DNA of 63,722 bases, the filler included, from Bigelowiella natans CCMP2755 (taxonomy: Eukaryota > Protista > Cercozoa): assembly GCA_000320545.1 (NCBI GenBank). It is 6 parts of 6 records of this genome, joined end to end, with 100 filler letters (N's around TTAATTAATTAA, not from the genome) between each part and the next. Parts side by side here need not be neighbours in the genome. Positions count along the whole stretch, not along the records: positions 25,405 to 48,533 come from ADNK01001615.1; positions 48,634 to 57,018 come from ADNK01003453.1; 4 more parts are not named here. One strand, 5' to 3'. The position numbers were made by a program, and so were the translations under genes. Shown piece by piece: positions 39,693 to 53,639 of this stretch (the stretch's first letter is position 1; each line of letters opens with the position of its first letter). The notes below the pieces were generated by a model. The model saw nothing but the letters and a program-made list of their open reading frames with translations. It was not told the DNA's origin and made no database searches.

Positions 39693-42600
39693 GAATAAAT
39701 ATATGTGCCATACGCGAGTGAACATTCATCTTTAAATCCCCTGGGGACCGCATAGACGACTACCTGCTGCGCACCGCCCACTTGGTATGCCGAACGGTGT
39801 TTTTCCAGTTGCGGTCGCCGGCTATGCTTTCCTTCAGGCCGTAATTCATTTTCCTCCAGAATTCCACCGATGACCGCACACCTGCATTTGATTTCGAGCA
39901 GTATATTAGGAGATGGGGAAAAGTCTTAAAACGGTAGGAGGAGTAGCAACAGTAACTGCTGGTAAATGGCGTGTACTTTTCATTTCCTATTAGAGGACCG
40001 ATGGGTAGAGAAGAAAAACGGGGGCGTGAGGGGGAGAGAGAAAGGGAGGGGGGGTGGGAAGAGAGCGAGAGCCAGAAAAATTAGAAGAGGAGGGGGGGGA
40101 TTGCGAAAATGATAAATGAATGTCACCATTTTTTTCCCTTTCCTTCTGATCTTGCATGCTAATCAGTTGCGCGCCGATGAGGAAGATTGCGAATAGCACT
40201 GTACACATGACCATTACAGGATTGCTCCAGCTGAACGCGCTTGCATTGATGTCGCTGGCGGAAAACGTATTGACACCCACGGAGACCTATAAGAAGGGGA
40301 TTTCGGTGCAAATATGGAAAGCGTTCACTGATCCAGGGTTCGGTATCATCATCATTATTATCAAAATCATAATTATTATTATTACATCTGAATTATCCTC
40401 TGCTCCGGCAAAAGAAGTCAGATGGTAGCTTTTGCAAGCGATTCCGGTCTTTGTCATGGTGGACACGATCCGCTGAAATTCGACGCCGCTTCCATCCCAC
40501 GACAAAGACGTCGTGTTCCAAAACTTGCACGTCGCGTTGCGGCCGCTCGCTTTGAATGCGGCCAGTTGATCCTCGGTGAAAGGGATGAATAGCTGCGAAT
40601 TTGAGAAGCACCGAAAATAATCAGATTTAATACCATCCTTGCCGTCCACACCAACATGCCAGAAAGAAATGAGGGAAAAGAAGAGAGCTACAGAGCCTTT
40701 TGATACGTAACAGTTTTCCTACTTCTCTTTCTCCTCCTCCTCCTCCTCCCCCTTCCCCTTCCCCCCCCTCCTCCTCCCTCACAGGGCTATTTACTTTCCC
40801 CTTTCTTCTAAATTCAAAAAAATACCTCAAAGGGATTAGTCGCGCTTGGAATCTGGATTACGTTCAAAGAACCGGAGGTCTTCAGCTCAATAGAGTACAC
40901 GCCCGTTATCGAGTTATTTCCCGGAAATGTAATCGGAGAGGACATGATCGTAACGACATCAAGCACCTCTGGATATACGAGGGAGGAGGAAAGATTTACT
41001 GCTGCGCCGGACGCCGAGCTAGAGATGCTCATGGTGCCTCCTGCGGCCGTGTCGAGTCTCGTCGAAGTGATCGTTATGTTGCCTTGTGATACTTTAAACA
41101 AGGAGAGAGAGGAGAGGAAATATTGTGGATTGGACAAAAGCGGAGAGAGGAGAAGGGGGGGGGGGGGGGTTGCATCGCATCTTTGAAATGCATGGTACCG
41201 CGTTGATATATCCTCTCAACCCCCCTCGCTTTCTACAGTTCCAACCCCCTCAGTTCATATCCTCCGATTTCCCTTGTCTCCCCTCCCCAGCCCCTTCTCC
41301 CATCAGATTTTACCTTCGACTGGTGTTTGGCCGGCAGTGGTCCCCTTGAGGATGTTGGAACCGATGATTTGCATGGAGGCTTCTGCACGTCTTGCCGTGT
41401 CCGCACGCTCGGTTTCCTGTTAAGGTAAATAAGAAATCATATCACTCGTCTGCTCCTATTCTCTAGCCTTCCCCTCTGCCTCAATTTACCGTCTCTATCG
41501 GGGCGGTGATGATGTTGCTGAACGCCCCGACGATGCTTTCTGGCGCTTCGCCGGTCACTAGCAGCGTCGAATTGGACAGGGTCTCGCACGCCGCCAGAGC
41601 TAAACTGAGGGAGCCTTTTATTCGCAAGGAGGGCATCTTGGTGATATGGGTCTTCTTACGAGACGAAGGCGATGCGGCGAAGACGATAGGACCGACAAGC
41701 GCGGCGCTTCATTAAAAATCTCGCAGCAAAGTATGTGTGAAGTGGCTCGATTCATTTAAGCATATAAATATCATGATGAAACCAAACTTACCTGTGTCGA
41801 GCGGGGCGGAAGAATCCGTTGTAGTAACCGTCTGCAGAAGCAGAGCAGCGGTGTCCAGAGCACCGTCCTCCCCCGTACTTTCCGAAGAGCTGGCGAGCAC
41901 ACTTATGGAGGAGATCAGGCTGTTGCGTTGCCCGTTGACTATTGCTGTAGCGGCGGGGGAGGCCGTCGTTGTACCTAGCAGCAATAATGAACATGGAAAT
42001 GGACTAAAAGTAAATACGATGAGAAGATGATGGGATGGAAGCTTGTCTTTCTATCGTTTTTACTCCGGCCGAAGCTCTTTTTCAACATTTGTTGATTCAG
42101 CCTCCTGCCGGCACCCTAGCACTAACTTTAATCACGGGCGTGTCCAGAAAAAGGAAAAAATCCTGCCCCCCCCCCCCCCCCCCCCCCCCCTTCCCATACT
42201 CCAACACTTCTCTCACTTGCTAGTTGGATAGCCGAGCTGCTGAGATAGATGCTCGACGTCGAAATGTCCCCTTGGCCGAGAAGTGAGTTTATCTGCGTTG
42301 TGGTGCTTGCAATGTCGATTGTGCTCGTGGCCACCGAGACTGAGAAGGTAACACTGCGAAGAAGAGAAATAACAAACAGCTAAGATTCGGGCACACACAC
42401 ACACACACACTCACACACTCACTCACGCACACGAGTGAGAGAGGGGGAGAGAGAAGCGTACTGTTACTACTCCTACTTTAGCTGATTTCTCTCACTAGCT
42501 TACGTGGTTGTTTCAGCTAGACTGTCCAGGATTCGTGCCCGGATCGTGACGTTGGAGCTTCCTGAAGAAGACGCAGGCAGCTGAGTGGAATGGATCTCGA

Positions 42601-44081
42601 GTTCCTGCACGCCGCTCCTAAGGAAATTTATTAGAGACGTTTTAGAGTTTTTACGACCGGCGGTTACATCAAAGAAAGCTATATAGATCGGTAGCGTGGC
42701 TGCTGATGCGGCCCAATGTGGAGTTTACTGGAACTCATGGGCAAGAAAGACATGCAAGATCTTACAGTAATGCCTAGTATCATAGCAGAATGTGGGTTGC
42801 GGTGAGTGCTGCTATTTATCATTATCCAAGGCACTGACAGGTCGATGTAGGCTCCAGAACCGCTCGTATCAGCCTGGAAGCGGTATCTAAGAGGCAAGTC
42901 CCCGTCGCTATCCGCCCACCCTGCACACTGAAATATCAAAAGAACACAAAAAAATCAACGGTGAGGTGGCGATGATGGGACACTGGTGCGAACGGCGATT
43001 TTGCATGTGATGATGACAAGAATGACGTCCGCGACAAAGTCGTAATTTATCCGATGCAAAAGTAAAGGAAGAAAGGATAATCACTCTAATGCAACTGCTG
43101 CTGGGTGATGGAGGAGGAAGATTCAGAGTGGTATCACTTTTTGTAGCGAAACTCGTGTAAGCACGACGCCACACATATGCTGATAGCACGCACGCACGCA
43201 TGCACGCACGTACACATAACACTCTCACACCTGCAAGTTGAAGATTGTTTGCAGCTGGGTGCCGCTGCTAGGCTCTGAAAAGCAGCTTCCAAGCGAGGGC
43301 GCATTATTCGTTACAAAGGACATGGACGAATTTCCCGTCGCACCGAGGGAGTTTGTAACGGAGGCCTGGAACGAGTAGCGCACGCCTTGTTGCAGCGTGT
43401 TGGCCGCCAGCACCAGGGTAGGAGCGGCCGTTGTGCTTAGGAGGTTTTGCGGCTGACTCAAGTCGAAGTTTCCGCTCGGATTCGACCACCGAATTGAAAC
43501 CTGGGAGATGTTGTAGTTTGCCACCGAGACAGCGAGGGAGAGCTCCGTGTCCGTCCTGGCGCGCGTCTGCGAAGCGGCGGAGCTCGCCACGAGCGCAATC
43601 GGCACCTCGACGTCGAGCGTGTGCAGGATCTGAGACGCGGTCGATGCGCGGACTACCCCGCCGATGGACATCCCGGTGACATTCACCTTGTGACGAGGAG
43701 GAGAGGGAGATAGAGGGGGGGGTGGGAAGGGGAGAAAGACGGGTTTGTGACCCTATGTTAGCCTAGGTCTTGAAGCGAACACTTTCAAAATATTTAATGT
43801 TGTGGTGTTTTCTTCAGAGCTACTTCTTAGTTTTCTCCTTCTTTTTATTCTGTGCTAATGCTGCTGCTAACGACGACGACAACAACGACAAGTACCTTAA
43901 CAGCGTAGCTCTTCAACGCAGACAAAATGGACGTTGAAAGCGAGAGAATCTGTTCGCACCCCCCACGCCACATAGAAGATGATTGACATTTAGTTTGTAG
44001 AAGGTAACATTAAAGGTGGAGGGCAAGATTTAATTTTTTCCACACAGGCTCGCGCGCGTACACACACACACACACACACAC

Positions 44082-44126
<45 letters not shown>

Positions 44127-44529
44127 ACCGCCGAGGTAGCCGAGATGCTGTTCGTTGAGAGAACGTCAATATCGGGAGCGGAAACGTCGAAAAGCGCCCA
44201 CTGATATTGTAGGTTTAAAGACAGGTCCGCGGGGTCATAAGAACCTGAAAGAGATTATGCGCGATCATCGAGCTTGTTCAGGGCAAATCGATATTACATG
44301 CATATATTTTAACAGGTGGAAGAGATCCATAGTTTTTGTAATTTAATTGTCAGGGAGAATTAAGAAGAGGGTATCCGCAAGGAGTGCGCAAGGGCGACGA
44401 TGATGAGGAGGAGCATCATCACCTGAGGCATCGAATGTGACTGTAATATCTTGTTTTGTGATGACCTGCACAGTAAATACACATTCATGATCAACGCGTA
44501 AACGCACACATAATATAAGTAAAGTAATT

Positions 44530-44564
<35 letters not shown>

Positions 44565-45147
44565 CATTTATCTGTTACTAGTAAGAGTGTCATCATACGT
44601 CTTACCGGGACGGTCCTAGTCTCGCCGCCATCGATACGCGCGACAACAGGTTGCTGGACAATGTTGATTACATACGTCTGATTAGCCTCCCCAATCACCT
44701 GAGCAAGGTTCATATCAGAACACATAAAAACACACACGCGCGCGCGAAGGCACACATACATCAACTATTCGTATTGATGACGAAAGGGCAGAAGGAATTT
44801 CGCTTTATCCGAGGCGCGGTCATCATCACCATCAAAAGGCAGCCTCCCCCGCCCCCCCCCCCCCTGATTTCTCCAAGTGCTCTTACATTGCCACTTGTAT
44901 CAAGCATGTATCCGAAGAATGTGAATCCGTAGGTGCTTCCCATGTTCAAGGTGTTAGCTGCAACGTTAAGGAGGATTGAATTCGGGTTGATCAAGCTCGC
45001 AACGGCAGTTGTGAGGCTGGATGCATATTGACTAGCTGATGGCGAGATGAAGCCCTCCGTTGGAAAAACCTGATTACACGCATCAGTCGCAGATGAAAGA
45101 AGACGGCGAGCGAGACAGAGCATAATTTTAAGAATTGCATAAATCAA

Positions 45148-45189
<42 letters not shown>

Positions 45190-45198
45190 ATATGCATT

Positions 45199-45240
<42 letters not shown>

Positions 45241-47657
45241 ATAGACATATGATGAAATCTTCTTGTCATTCGCTACTTGCTTCCACGAGCCCGTCGTAGT
45301 CCCAGAGACAGAGCATCCATCCGGCGCCGCTAGACGCGTGCGGATCGCGACCGTATTTGATCGGATCTTTTGAAACCACAACAAACGGCGCATAGTCATC
45401 AGCATGGAAACATTCAACTAATTCTCATGTTGATCTAAATGTCCAAAACGCAGGACTTTCAAGAAAATTGTTCAGCCACGAACACCATTGGTGCCTCCCG
45501 CTTTGAAACTGACGATTCTTTATATAAGGCGAGACAGCAAACCTTGAACGATTGCTGCATACTCCTCACCGTCGTTTCGAGGAATCGGAAGTTTGGTGTG
45601 TGAGTGTGGGCTGTCAGTCATCATAGCACACAAACAGCTGTGCAAATTCCCCCGTACATGTGACATACATCCATACTCTCGCAAAGGCGCGCAGACTCAT
45701 AATTATGTGGGAAAAAGTAGTCGATTCATTGCACATCTATGTGGCATGTATTGAATAATACGCGGCGTACTTGAGAAACATAGGTCGGGGCACCAACAAT
45801 AACGGATGGGGTGTAGGTTGCGACTCGGTCGATTTGGTGAAAAACCATGCTGTTCTGCCCAATCCAGTCCCTCGCAGTGATGGAGAAATTATGACTCCCA
45901 GTCTGTCACAGCGACGACGACACGGAATCAACGCACAAAACTAGTACTTCGATGCTGCTGATTATTCATTCATCTCGAGCGGAGTGTGGTAGTGTACAAA
46001 GAAAACATCGTCGTTGTGTATACGTGGTGGCTCGGGGATTGATAGCTGCCGTAAAAATAGCTTTGAAGAAGATGATATTGTAATAGCCAGTAGAAAGCGC
46101 GGCAAATCGTTGCGTAGAGCACGAAGATAAATACACAATAATATATCTTTCTTCCCTCCCCCCCCGCTTTTTTTATCTGTAGAATGAGTATAGAGACGTG
46201 TGATTTATACCCCTAGGTCTATCGCATCCAGCTCTATCATTGGACCGGTGCTGCTGCTTACGAAGGTCGTGACGTTCGATAAAGTTCCTGAGAATATTGC
46301 ATCATGCGTGTGTGTGTGTGTGTGTGCGCGCGCGCGCGCGCGTGTGTGTGTATTCGTTGGCTGCGTATATATTACCCGCTACTGTGGAGTGGTACCCCCA
46401 AGACAACTGAAATAAACGTCCTGCATAGCTTGTAGGAGTAACGGTGAGAACGACCTTAGAGCACAGCCCTACTGAAGAAGGACCGACCTGATAGGAGGAG
46501 GAATGTAGGGAATTAGAAGGAACTGCAGCACGAAAGAATCGGGCAGAATTTCGAACAAAATAGTAAAATAAAGTTTGGAAAGTGAGACCGCTGTAGGTTG
46601 TTGACAAATGATCAATCGTGAGCAACAAAATCCCTTCTCGGATTCTTGCTGATAAAAATCTCACCGAGAGAGGGAGGGAAGGGCATGGGGGGGGGGGGGG
46701 GCTAGCTAGGATGTGGTTTCTTGAATAAAAAGCCACTTCTTACAATCGAGATGGTGACGGCAGGAGGGTTTGCAGGAGCTCCCAGAGTCACGTCGGTGCT
46801 AAAGAAATATGCAGGTCCTACATATATCAATAGCAAAGACAACAAAGTTAACGCCTCAAATCGACCCGCGGGCGACGAGATACACCATGCTAAGATTATT
46901 TGGACACATCCTCTCGCGCGCATTTTTTTGGGTATAAAAACCTGATATCCCCGGAACAACGTCTCCATTAACCGTGATTATGGTGCCGACGATCACGCTA
47001 GCATCGGAGCCGAACGCTGCAAAAAGCTTCAACGGAGATTTCCAGGTGCAGGCGGGATTTGTCCCTTGAATTGATGACAACGAACATTAGCATTTACTTC
47101 ATAAAACTAATCATGCTTGCAGCCCTGTACTCTATTCTTAAATGATGACGCTATAATTCTTAACTCTGACCCAATGTTGCAAGAGTCGATGTAGCAAATA
47201 GCTGGTCGCAGGTAAGGGCCGGCTGCGCCGTCGCGAAGTCAAATGTGAGGTCAAATCCGAGAAGGTCGTCCTGCATTATTTAGAGCAACCACTCGCACGT
47301 TAGTGTGTGTGTGTGTGTGTGAGTGTGTGTTTTAGATCGCTGCATCACTGTGCGTCTTATTGTACATGAAGCGAATACTAATTAAAAACCCAAAAAAAGG
47401 GTGCTAGAAGGAAGGAGCACATGTAAGACACTCATGCTAAAATAACATCTCGTTGGGGAGGTGAGAGGCCGTTGAGCACCTTCATGACCGCGGAAACCGG
47501 CCTCGGCGACGTCGACGTTGGATTGACCGTTACGGGGGAATTCGTTGGTGCGACTGTAGTCGGAGAGCTCGTCTGTGCATAGCATAGCGGCCGCAAGATG
47601 TTCGTTATAAAATAAGCTTGGTTCTCAAACACGAATCAGCGAAGAAAAGAGGAGGAG

Positions 47658-47698
<41 letters not shown>

Positions 47699-48415
47699 AT
47701 CGAGAAACTTCGGCAATCCGAACTGAGTGTAAACACGATGTACACCAAACATATTACAAGGGCATATAGCACCACATCAAATCCAAAAATGAAGCAGCTC
47801 TACAACATTCCTATACTTACCCGCGGTGAGCTGGAGGGATTTGGTGTTATTGTGATTGCTGGAGCGATTGAAGGGCCTCTTGTAGGTCCTCTAGTAGGCC
47901 CATTGGTAGGCATTGCAAAACTGGGTTTATCAGTAAACGGCGACATCGTGACGGGCGAAACGCTTTTTGCCTGAGAGATTCATAGGTACAAAGAATGGTA
48001 AATTCGAATGCTAATTTTCGGTCACGGTCTCGGAGAACTTTCTAATGGGCTGCTGGAAGAGGCGGTGTAGAATGAGGGAAAGATTTCATCCGTGTTATTA
48101 AAGAAATAGCCTCGAATGTCTACTCTCGAGGAGAGATTTCGCTTCGGAAAGTTCTTGATTTTCCTTTCACGCACACGCTTACACATGCCGACAAATGCAG
48201 GCCGGTATCATGATAGGTGTTTTCAGCGGCTTCTCACGGAGGCAATCGCTACTATTTACGCGCCCAAAGGCAGGAAACGCTATCATACCGTGGGGGTACA
48301 CGTCGCAGGGGCGTTTGTCATAGGGGTTAAGCTGGGAGACGCCGAGGACGGGGAGCATGAGGGACTCAAGGTCACCGTTGGAGCGTGTGACCTAACCGTT
48401 GGCGCACTTGTCGCC
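36003..48415 (-). CDS. Large polycystin-1/PKDREJ-like membrane protein (PT-rich stalk, REJ, GPS, several TM helices); 5' part lost at the gap
   Basis: PTxxPT repeats (47820-48415); REJ NNAPSLGSCFSEPSSG and C.GWADSDGDLPLRYRF; GPS CKFWNTTSLSWDGSG...CKSYHLTSFA; TM segments HVWLAVV...RWTILMTLLFN. Confidence 0.8.
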
Positions 48416-48468
48416 TAATTGAGGAGTAGTTTCGAATACACGACACTCTGCCTGATGATACATGTAAA

Positions 48469-48533
<65 letters not shown>

Positions 48534-48689
48534 NNNNNNNNNNNNNNNNNNNNNNNNNNNNNNNNNNNNNNNNNNNNTTAATTAATTAANNNNNNNNNNN
48601 NNNNNNNNNNNNNNNNNNNNNNNNNNNNNNNNNGACTTACGCATCAGCAGTACTATGCCGCTGAACTCCTTACGAGGGGGATGTAGCAT

Positions 48690-50169
48690 TAGCTTAGATC
48701 AAAGAGAGGTGCGAATAATTCGATTATCGGGTTGTCGTCTTTCAAGCCATTATTATTATATCTCTTCGTTGCCTGCTTGCTATGTGGTGGGGAGGGTGGT
48801 GGTGTTGATACGGAGATATGGTTTATTGTGGAGGAATCAGCAAAGATGAAGAGAGGGCAAGAACACAAAACAATAGTAGTGTGATTAGCAAAGAATAACA
48901 TGAACCACTTTCTCCTCCCTTGTATTTCTACTATTGTTCCTTCATTCTACTTTAACCACCAGTGTTACTACTTCTGCGACTATTATTCTCTATCAGGCAC
49001 AAGCGTGCGTGATCTCCGTTATAAGGTGAGTTCTCTTCAACAGAGGAAGATTAACCATCTTCTTGACTCTCTGGTGAGCAAGAATCTTATAAAGTGGGTT
49101 CGCACAATCCAAGCCAAGAATAAAAAGATATACATGCTTATCGATACCATTCCCTCGAGACAGGTGCTATATATTCTTGAGTAATTCATCACAAGTCAAT
49201 TTACTTATAGAGGGGTTCAGGCAGTGTATGAGATATGCTTTATATGCTCTTAGAACAGCAGGGCCTATATTTTTTCGTAGTGATAGCCGCATATGTTACA
49301 ATAATAATACGTGTTACAATAATAATACCAAATATGTGTGTAAAAGTGTGTGTGTGTGTACGTGTGTGTGTGTTTGTCTTCTTACTAGCATTAGCAGTTA
49401 TGGCAAGCTATAATTCACTACTCGCATTGATGATTCCCTGCAGGTTGTTGGAGGCCCTTGGTATGAAGAAGGAGAATTCGATAAAGATGTAGTCGATAAA
49501 TTATTTAGAGTTGCTATAGCTCAAGTCAAGAAAAGGACAGCCATCACCGCTAAGGTAATAATACCATCGTTAAGTAAATACTTGTTGTGTCTGTTGTATA
49601 TTTGCAGATATATTGGGAATAATATATTAGCTTGATTTAGTAGTAATCCACCATGTGATCATTGTCGTGTGTATCATCATCTTGTTGACCCAACTGATGA
49701 CTCCTCCTCTTCGTCCTCCTTCTCTACCACATGAGAAGCAGCATAGAATGCTCTTACGTCGCATTATCAATCACCAGACTTCTACTCTTATGGCAGCTTA
49801 TATTACTTTTATGATCAATTATACAATTAGGAGTTAGCATCTATAATCAATAAAAGTGGATTATTGGTCAATAAGAAGCTTGAGGAGATGGACGCGGAGT
49901 TTATACTGTCAGCTTTGGTTTCAGATGGAGAATTAGAGGGAATCTATCGAGAAGCAAAGTTTGTATCATCAACAAATATTGTCAAAAAAGAAAATACTGG
50001 AGAGTCATTGCCATCCAAGGGGAGAGATTGTGTGTATCGAATAAAAAAGGGGGGGCTTTTGAAAAGTTCTTTCACCTACATTCCTTGTTGTAATTGCCCT
50101 GTTTCGGAAAAATGCGGAGAAGGCCAGGAAGTCAATCCTGCAGAATGTGTTTACTTTAATGATTGGTGA
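48690..50169 (+). CDS. POLR3F: RNA polymerase III subunit RPC6/C34, 5'-partial
   Basis: LVSKNLIKWVRTIQAKNKKIYML...PS, GGPWYEEGEFD and the C-terminal Fe-S motif PCCNCPVSEKC...VNPAECVYFNDW*. Confidence 0.92.
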
Positions 50170-50319
50170 ATAGGAAGAAGAAAATGGGGTGGTGGTACTG
50201 TTGTGCAACCATGCTAAGACATAGAGAGGGTAGTAAGTAGTGCTGTAGTTTATTATATTAATGCATGATGGAGAACGATAGCTTCCTACGCTTACCAAGC
50301 AAGGTACATTTACTAGAAA

Positions 50320-53300
50320 AGCTTCACACTACTAGCTGTGCGATCCTGATATTCCTTGACCGTGCTAGCGTGCTGTGCAGCAAGAGATGCATGAAAAAGA
50401 CAATGAAATTGAGCATGCACAGTGCACCAAGCTTTCCAATAAGCTTGCATTGCCACTGCTTATTCATGTCACTCCACGAGTGATTACCATTGACAATACG
50501 CATGTGTGGCATGCTAGCATGACGTGCAATCTGAGCAATGTCATGTGCCGCTTCATTTGATATATCGACCGCGGGCGGATGCACTAGTGCAGTCAAACGA
50601 CTCGAAGTAGCTTCAATCGCACACAGTTAGTTCTGGAGCTAGCTAGCAGCAGTGCACTGTCAATGTCAAAATCTGCGTGTCTAGTTGTTGCAGAGTTGCA
50701 TTGGCGTGCGTGACGCATGCTCGCATGAACAATTTAGCAGACCTAGAGACGTCGGCGATTGCTCCGGCGCTGCATTCCACAATCAACAACACGATTCAGC
50801 ATTGCTAGATTGCCAAATTGTGTGGCACGCGTGCCATTCCAGCATTGTGTGGCTAGTTGGCTCGTGGGCATTTCGTTGCAGCTGAATTGCAAGCTCAAAC
50901 AATGATGGCGTCATCACGTGTGCTTTGCTGTTGCCATGTCCAGCCGATGCTCTCGCTAGCTTGTGCCGTCACCACGCTAGCCATCCAGCATTGGCATGTC
51001 CAGATGTGATGACCCAGGCGCCACTTGCGACGTCATCGCTGGCACTGTGGCGCTCAGTTTCCACGCCAGGGCTGGACAGGCAGAGCGACGTCCGTTGTGT
51101 GCGTGACTCGCGACACACAACGTCCTGGGACGCCTCGCGGCACGTGTGACGCACGTGCCAGCGCTGGAGCACGGAATGGTCTGAGAACGTGCAGCTCGCT
51201 GCTCTTGTGTTCTTGGAAAGTTCTCTCGTTCTTCCTCGGGCTGGCCGCGTTCTCGGACAAGTCCAGGAACGTTCTGCACGTCACAGTGTTCGTGCAGCAC
51301 GACAAAGGCATCGGAACGACGCACAGTGAAACCAACGCACGATTGCATTGCAAGTGAAAGCTTTCTCGGAGCCGCACGCGCAACTTGAGCCTGCTTGCAT
51401 GCAAACAGAACTCAAACGCAAACACAACTCAAACGCCACAGCAACTTCAAGCTCATCAACGCTCCCATGGCAAATCATCACTTCACTTGTTCTTGTCGCG
51501 CTGTGCGTCACCTTGGCCTTCAGCTTTGCGCTGCTGCTGCACGCATGCACTTCAACTCTGCCAACACAGGACGACAAAATCGTGGATCGCTGTCTCGACA
51601 GGCTGGCAGGCCCTGTGGCGCACGCCAGCACAGCGCCACGATGCAGTTTGCCGCCCGACCACGACGAGCCCCCTGTTGGCCTGTGCTGGCCCGACAAGGC
51701 CGCGTGCAAAAGTGCACACGTTGGACACGGCCAAGTGGCGCTCAGCGTGTCGCGACATGGCAAAGTGAAAAGCTCACTCACTTTGCGGAAGTCTCTCAGG
51801 AGTTTCGCGCATCGCGACACGGCAGCGTGAAAAGCCATGTCGCGACGTGGCAAAGTGAAAAGCCATGCGTCGTCGCACCTGCAACAACGATTCAGACACA
51901 ACTCATCAGAACTCAAAAGTCCAAGTGACGTCAGAACTCAAAAGTCCAAGTGACACATTGAGATCAGAACTCAACTGCACAAGCAAGCAACCAAGCACAA
52001 TCAGAACTCAAACGACCAAGTGACATCAGAACTCAAACGTTCAAGTGACAAAGCAACTCAAGGCACCAAACAACAATGCAACTCAACGACTCATGCGACT
52101 TCAGTTCTCAACACGAGACCGCACATTGCACCACGCCCAATGCTGCAACAATCGACAGCTGCACTCGATGCAGAACGAATCGGTTGCATGCGAGGGCGCA
52201 CATTGCTGCAACAATCGACAGCTGCACGTGATGCAGAACAAATCGGTTGCATGCAACAGTGCGTGTGCGTCTCAACTTCAACCCTGCGACACGCGTGCTT
52301 CTGCACACGTGCGCAGCACCTCAGATCCACCACCGCGGCACGCTGACCGATCAGCGTCACCCATTCCGAAGCACGCAGCTTGCCTTGACGAAGAGTTCAA
52401 GGACAACAGCCCGGCTGCGGCCGTTCTGCATGCGAATGGTTTCAATGCCGCGTCGCATCATCGCACCGCACCTGCTGCCATGCAGGCAAAGCAAGTTCAG
52501 ACAATCAACAAGGACATTGACAGCATGCCAACTCCCACGCAAGCGATGAATGCACAAACCGAAGGCGCGACAGCCCCGCGCAAAGCAGGCATGGGAACCT
52601 CCTGTCGGCAGGGCCACGTCTCTCAACTCGTCAGCTGAGAGCAAGTGCGTGCTCGGCACATCCCTGTTGGCACATGCCGCTGACGAGGGCGATGTGCACT
52701 CCAGAGTGAGCGCGACAGCACCACGGAGCAGACTGCGCAGCTGCTGATTGTGAGTGGTGCCAACTTGCCAACTGACCAACACTGACACTCAATCGTGTTG
52801 CTCTGCAACAACGCATCTCCAAACAAACATCTGCTAGCAATGGTCTGCGTGCCGCAACGACAACGCAAAACAATGAATCGCGCAAATGGCGTCACAGCTC
52901 CGTCAAACCCGGTGACAATTGGGTTGTGAACAGTGCAGCGCTTCGCCACGCGCTTTGAAGCAGCAGGCAGCACGTTGCAGTTGGTCAAGGAAAAGTCATC
53001 AGAGCTTGTCCGATGGCCCAACCTCAAAAAATGACCGGAACATTGACCAAAATTTCCATTTTCAAGGCTCAGTGAGCGCGCAAAGCATGAAAATTCACAC
53101 CCGTTGTGTGGAGGATGCACGCTGCGCGTTTGTCCTTTGCCACATTTTGAATGCTTTTGCGCGTGTGTTTGACCAATCTTCATGTGTGCACGAAAAATTT
53201 CAAAGAAATGCGAGCAAATCCAATGTCCATTGCATCACATGACGCGCTTGGTCGCGCGCAAAAGCTTCCAAATGCACATTCTCAAATTTGTTGCAGGTTT

Positions 53301-53540
53301 GACGGAGCTGCTGTGGTCGCGCTGCGGGACGCACGCAGTGTGCACGTCGTCGCAGCACGGCACAGTTCTGACGATCTCGCATGCATGCTGCGCATCACTA
53401 GATCATCGCATGCTTCAGGCACATGTGAGACGGATGTGATGAACCAATCTGTCAGGCACATGATCTCACATGACGCCGCTTGCAAATGTGCACATTGGAC
53501 CTTGCACTGCAGCTAAGCGCGCGGGCTGACCCGGCTCGTA
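50320..53540. mobile_element. TpA-depleted degenerate repeat or mobile-element tract with internal tandem repeats
   Basis: Near-total absence of TA; internal duplications (tcagaactcaaa...aagtgac at 51905-52050; tgctgcaacaatcgacagctgca at 52140/52204; gtcgcgac(a/g)tggcaaagtgaaaagc at 51749/51839). The element family cannot be read. Confidence 0.5.
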
Positions 53541-53639
53541 GAAGTCAGCTCCATCGCATCAATGGTGTTTTTCCCTCGCCGCTGGCGAAGCGCAAATGGT
53601 AAAAACAATAGACACGATGGATGTACATGCGACATATGA

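Noticed and set aside
50941-53510. 5mC/CpG decay or classical RIP as the cause of the TG/CA excess
   Set aside because: CpG is abundant and TA is absent; both processes would deplete CG or raise TA.
50685-53516. Dense overlapping ORFs in all six frames (also 5887-7147 and 12111-13605)
   Set aside because: Loss of TA removes TAA and most TAG stops. The translations are Cys/His-rich and lack Tyr, so they are artefacts of the mutation pattern.
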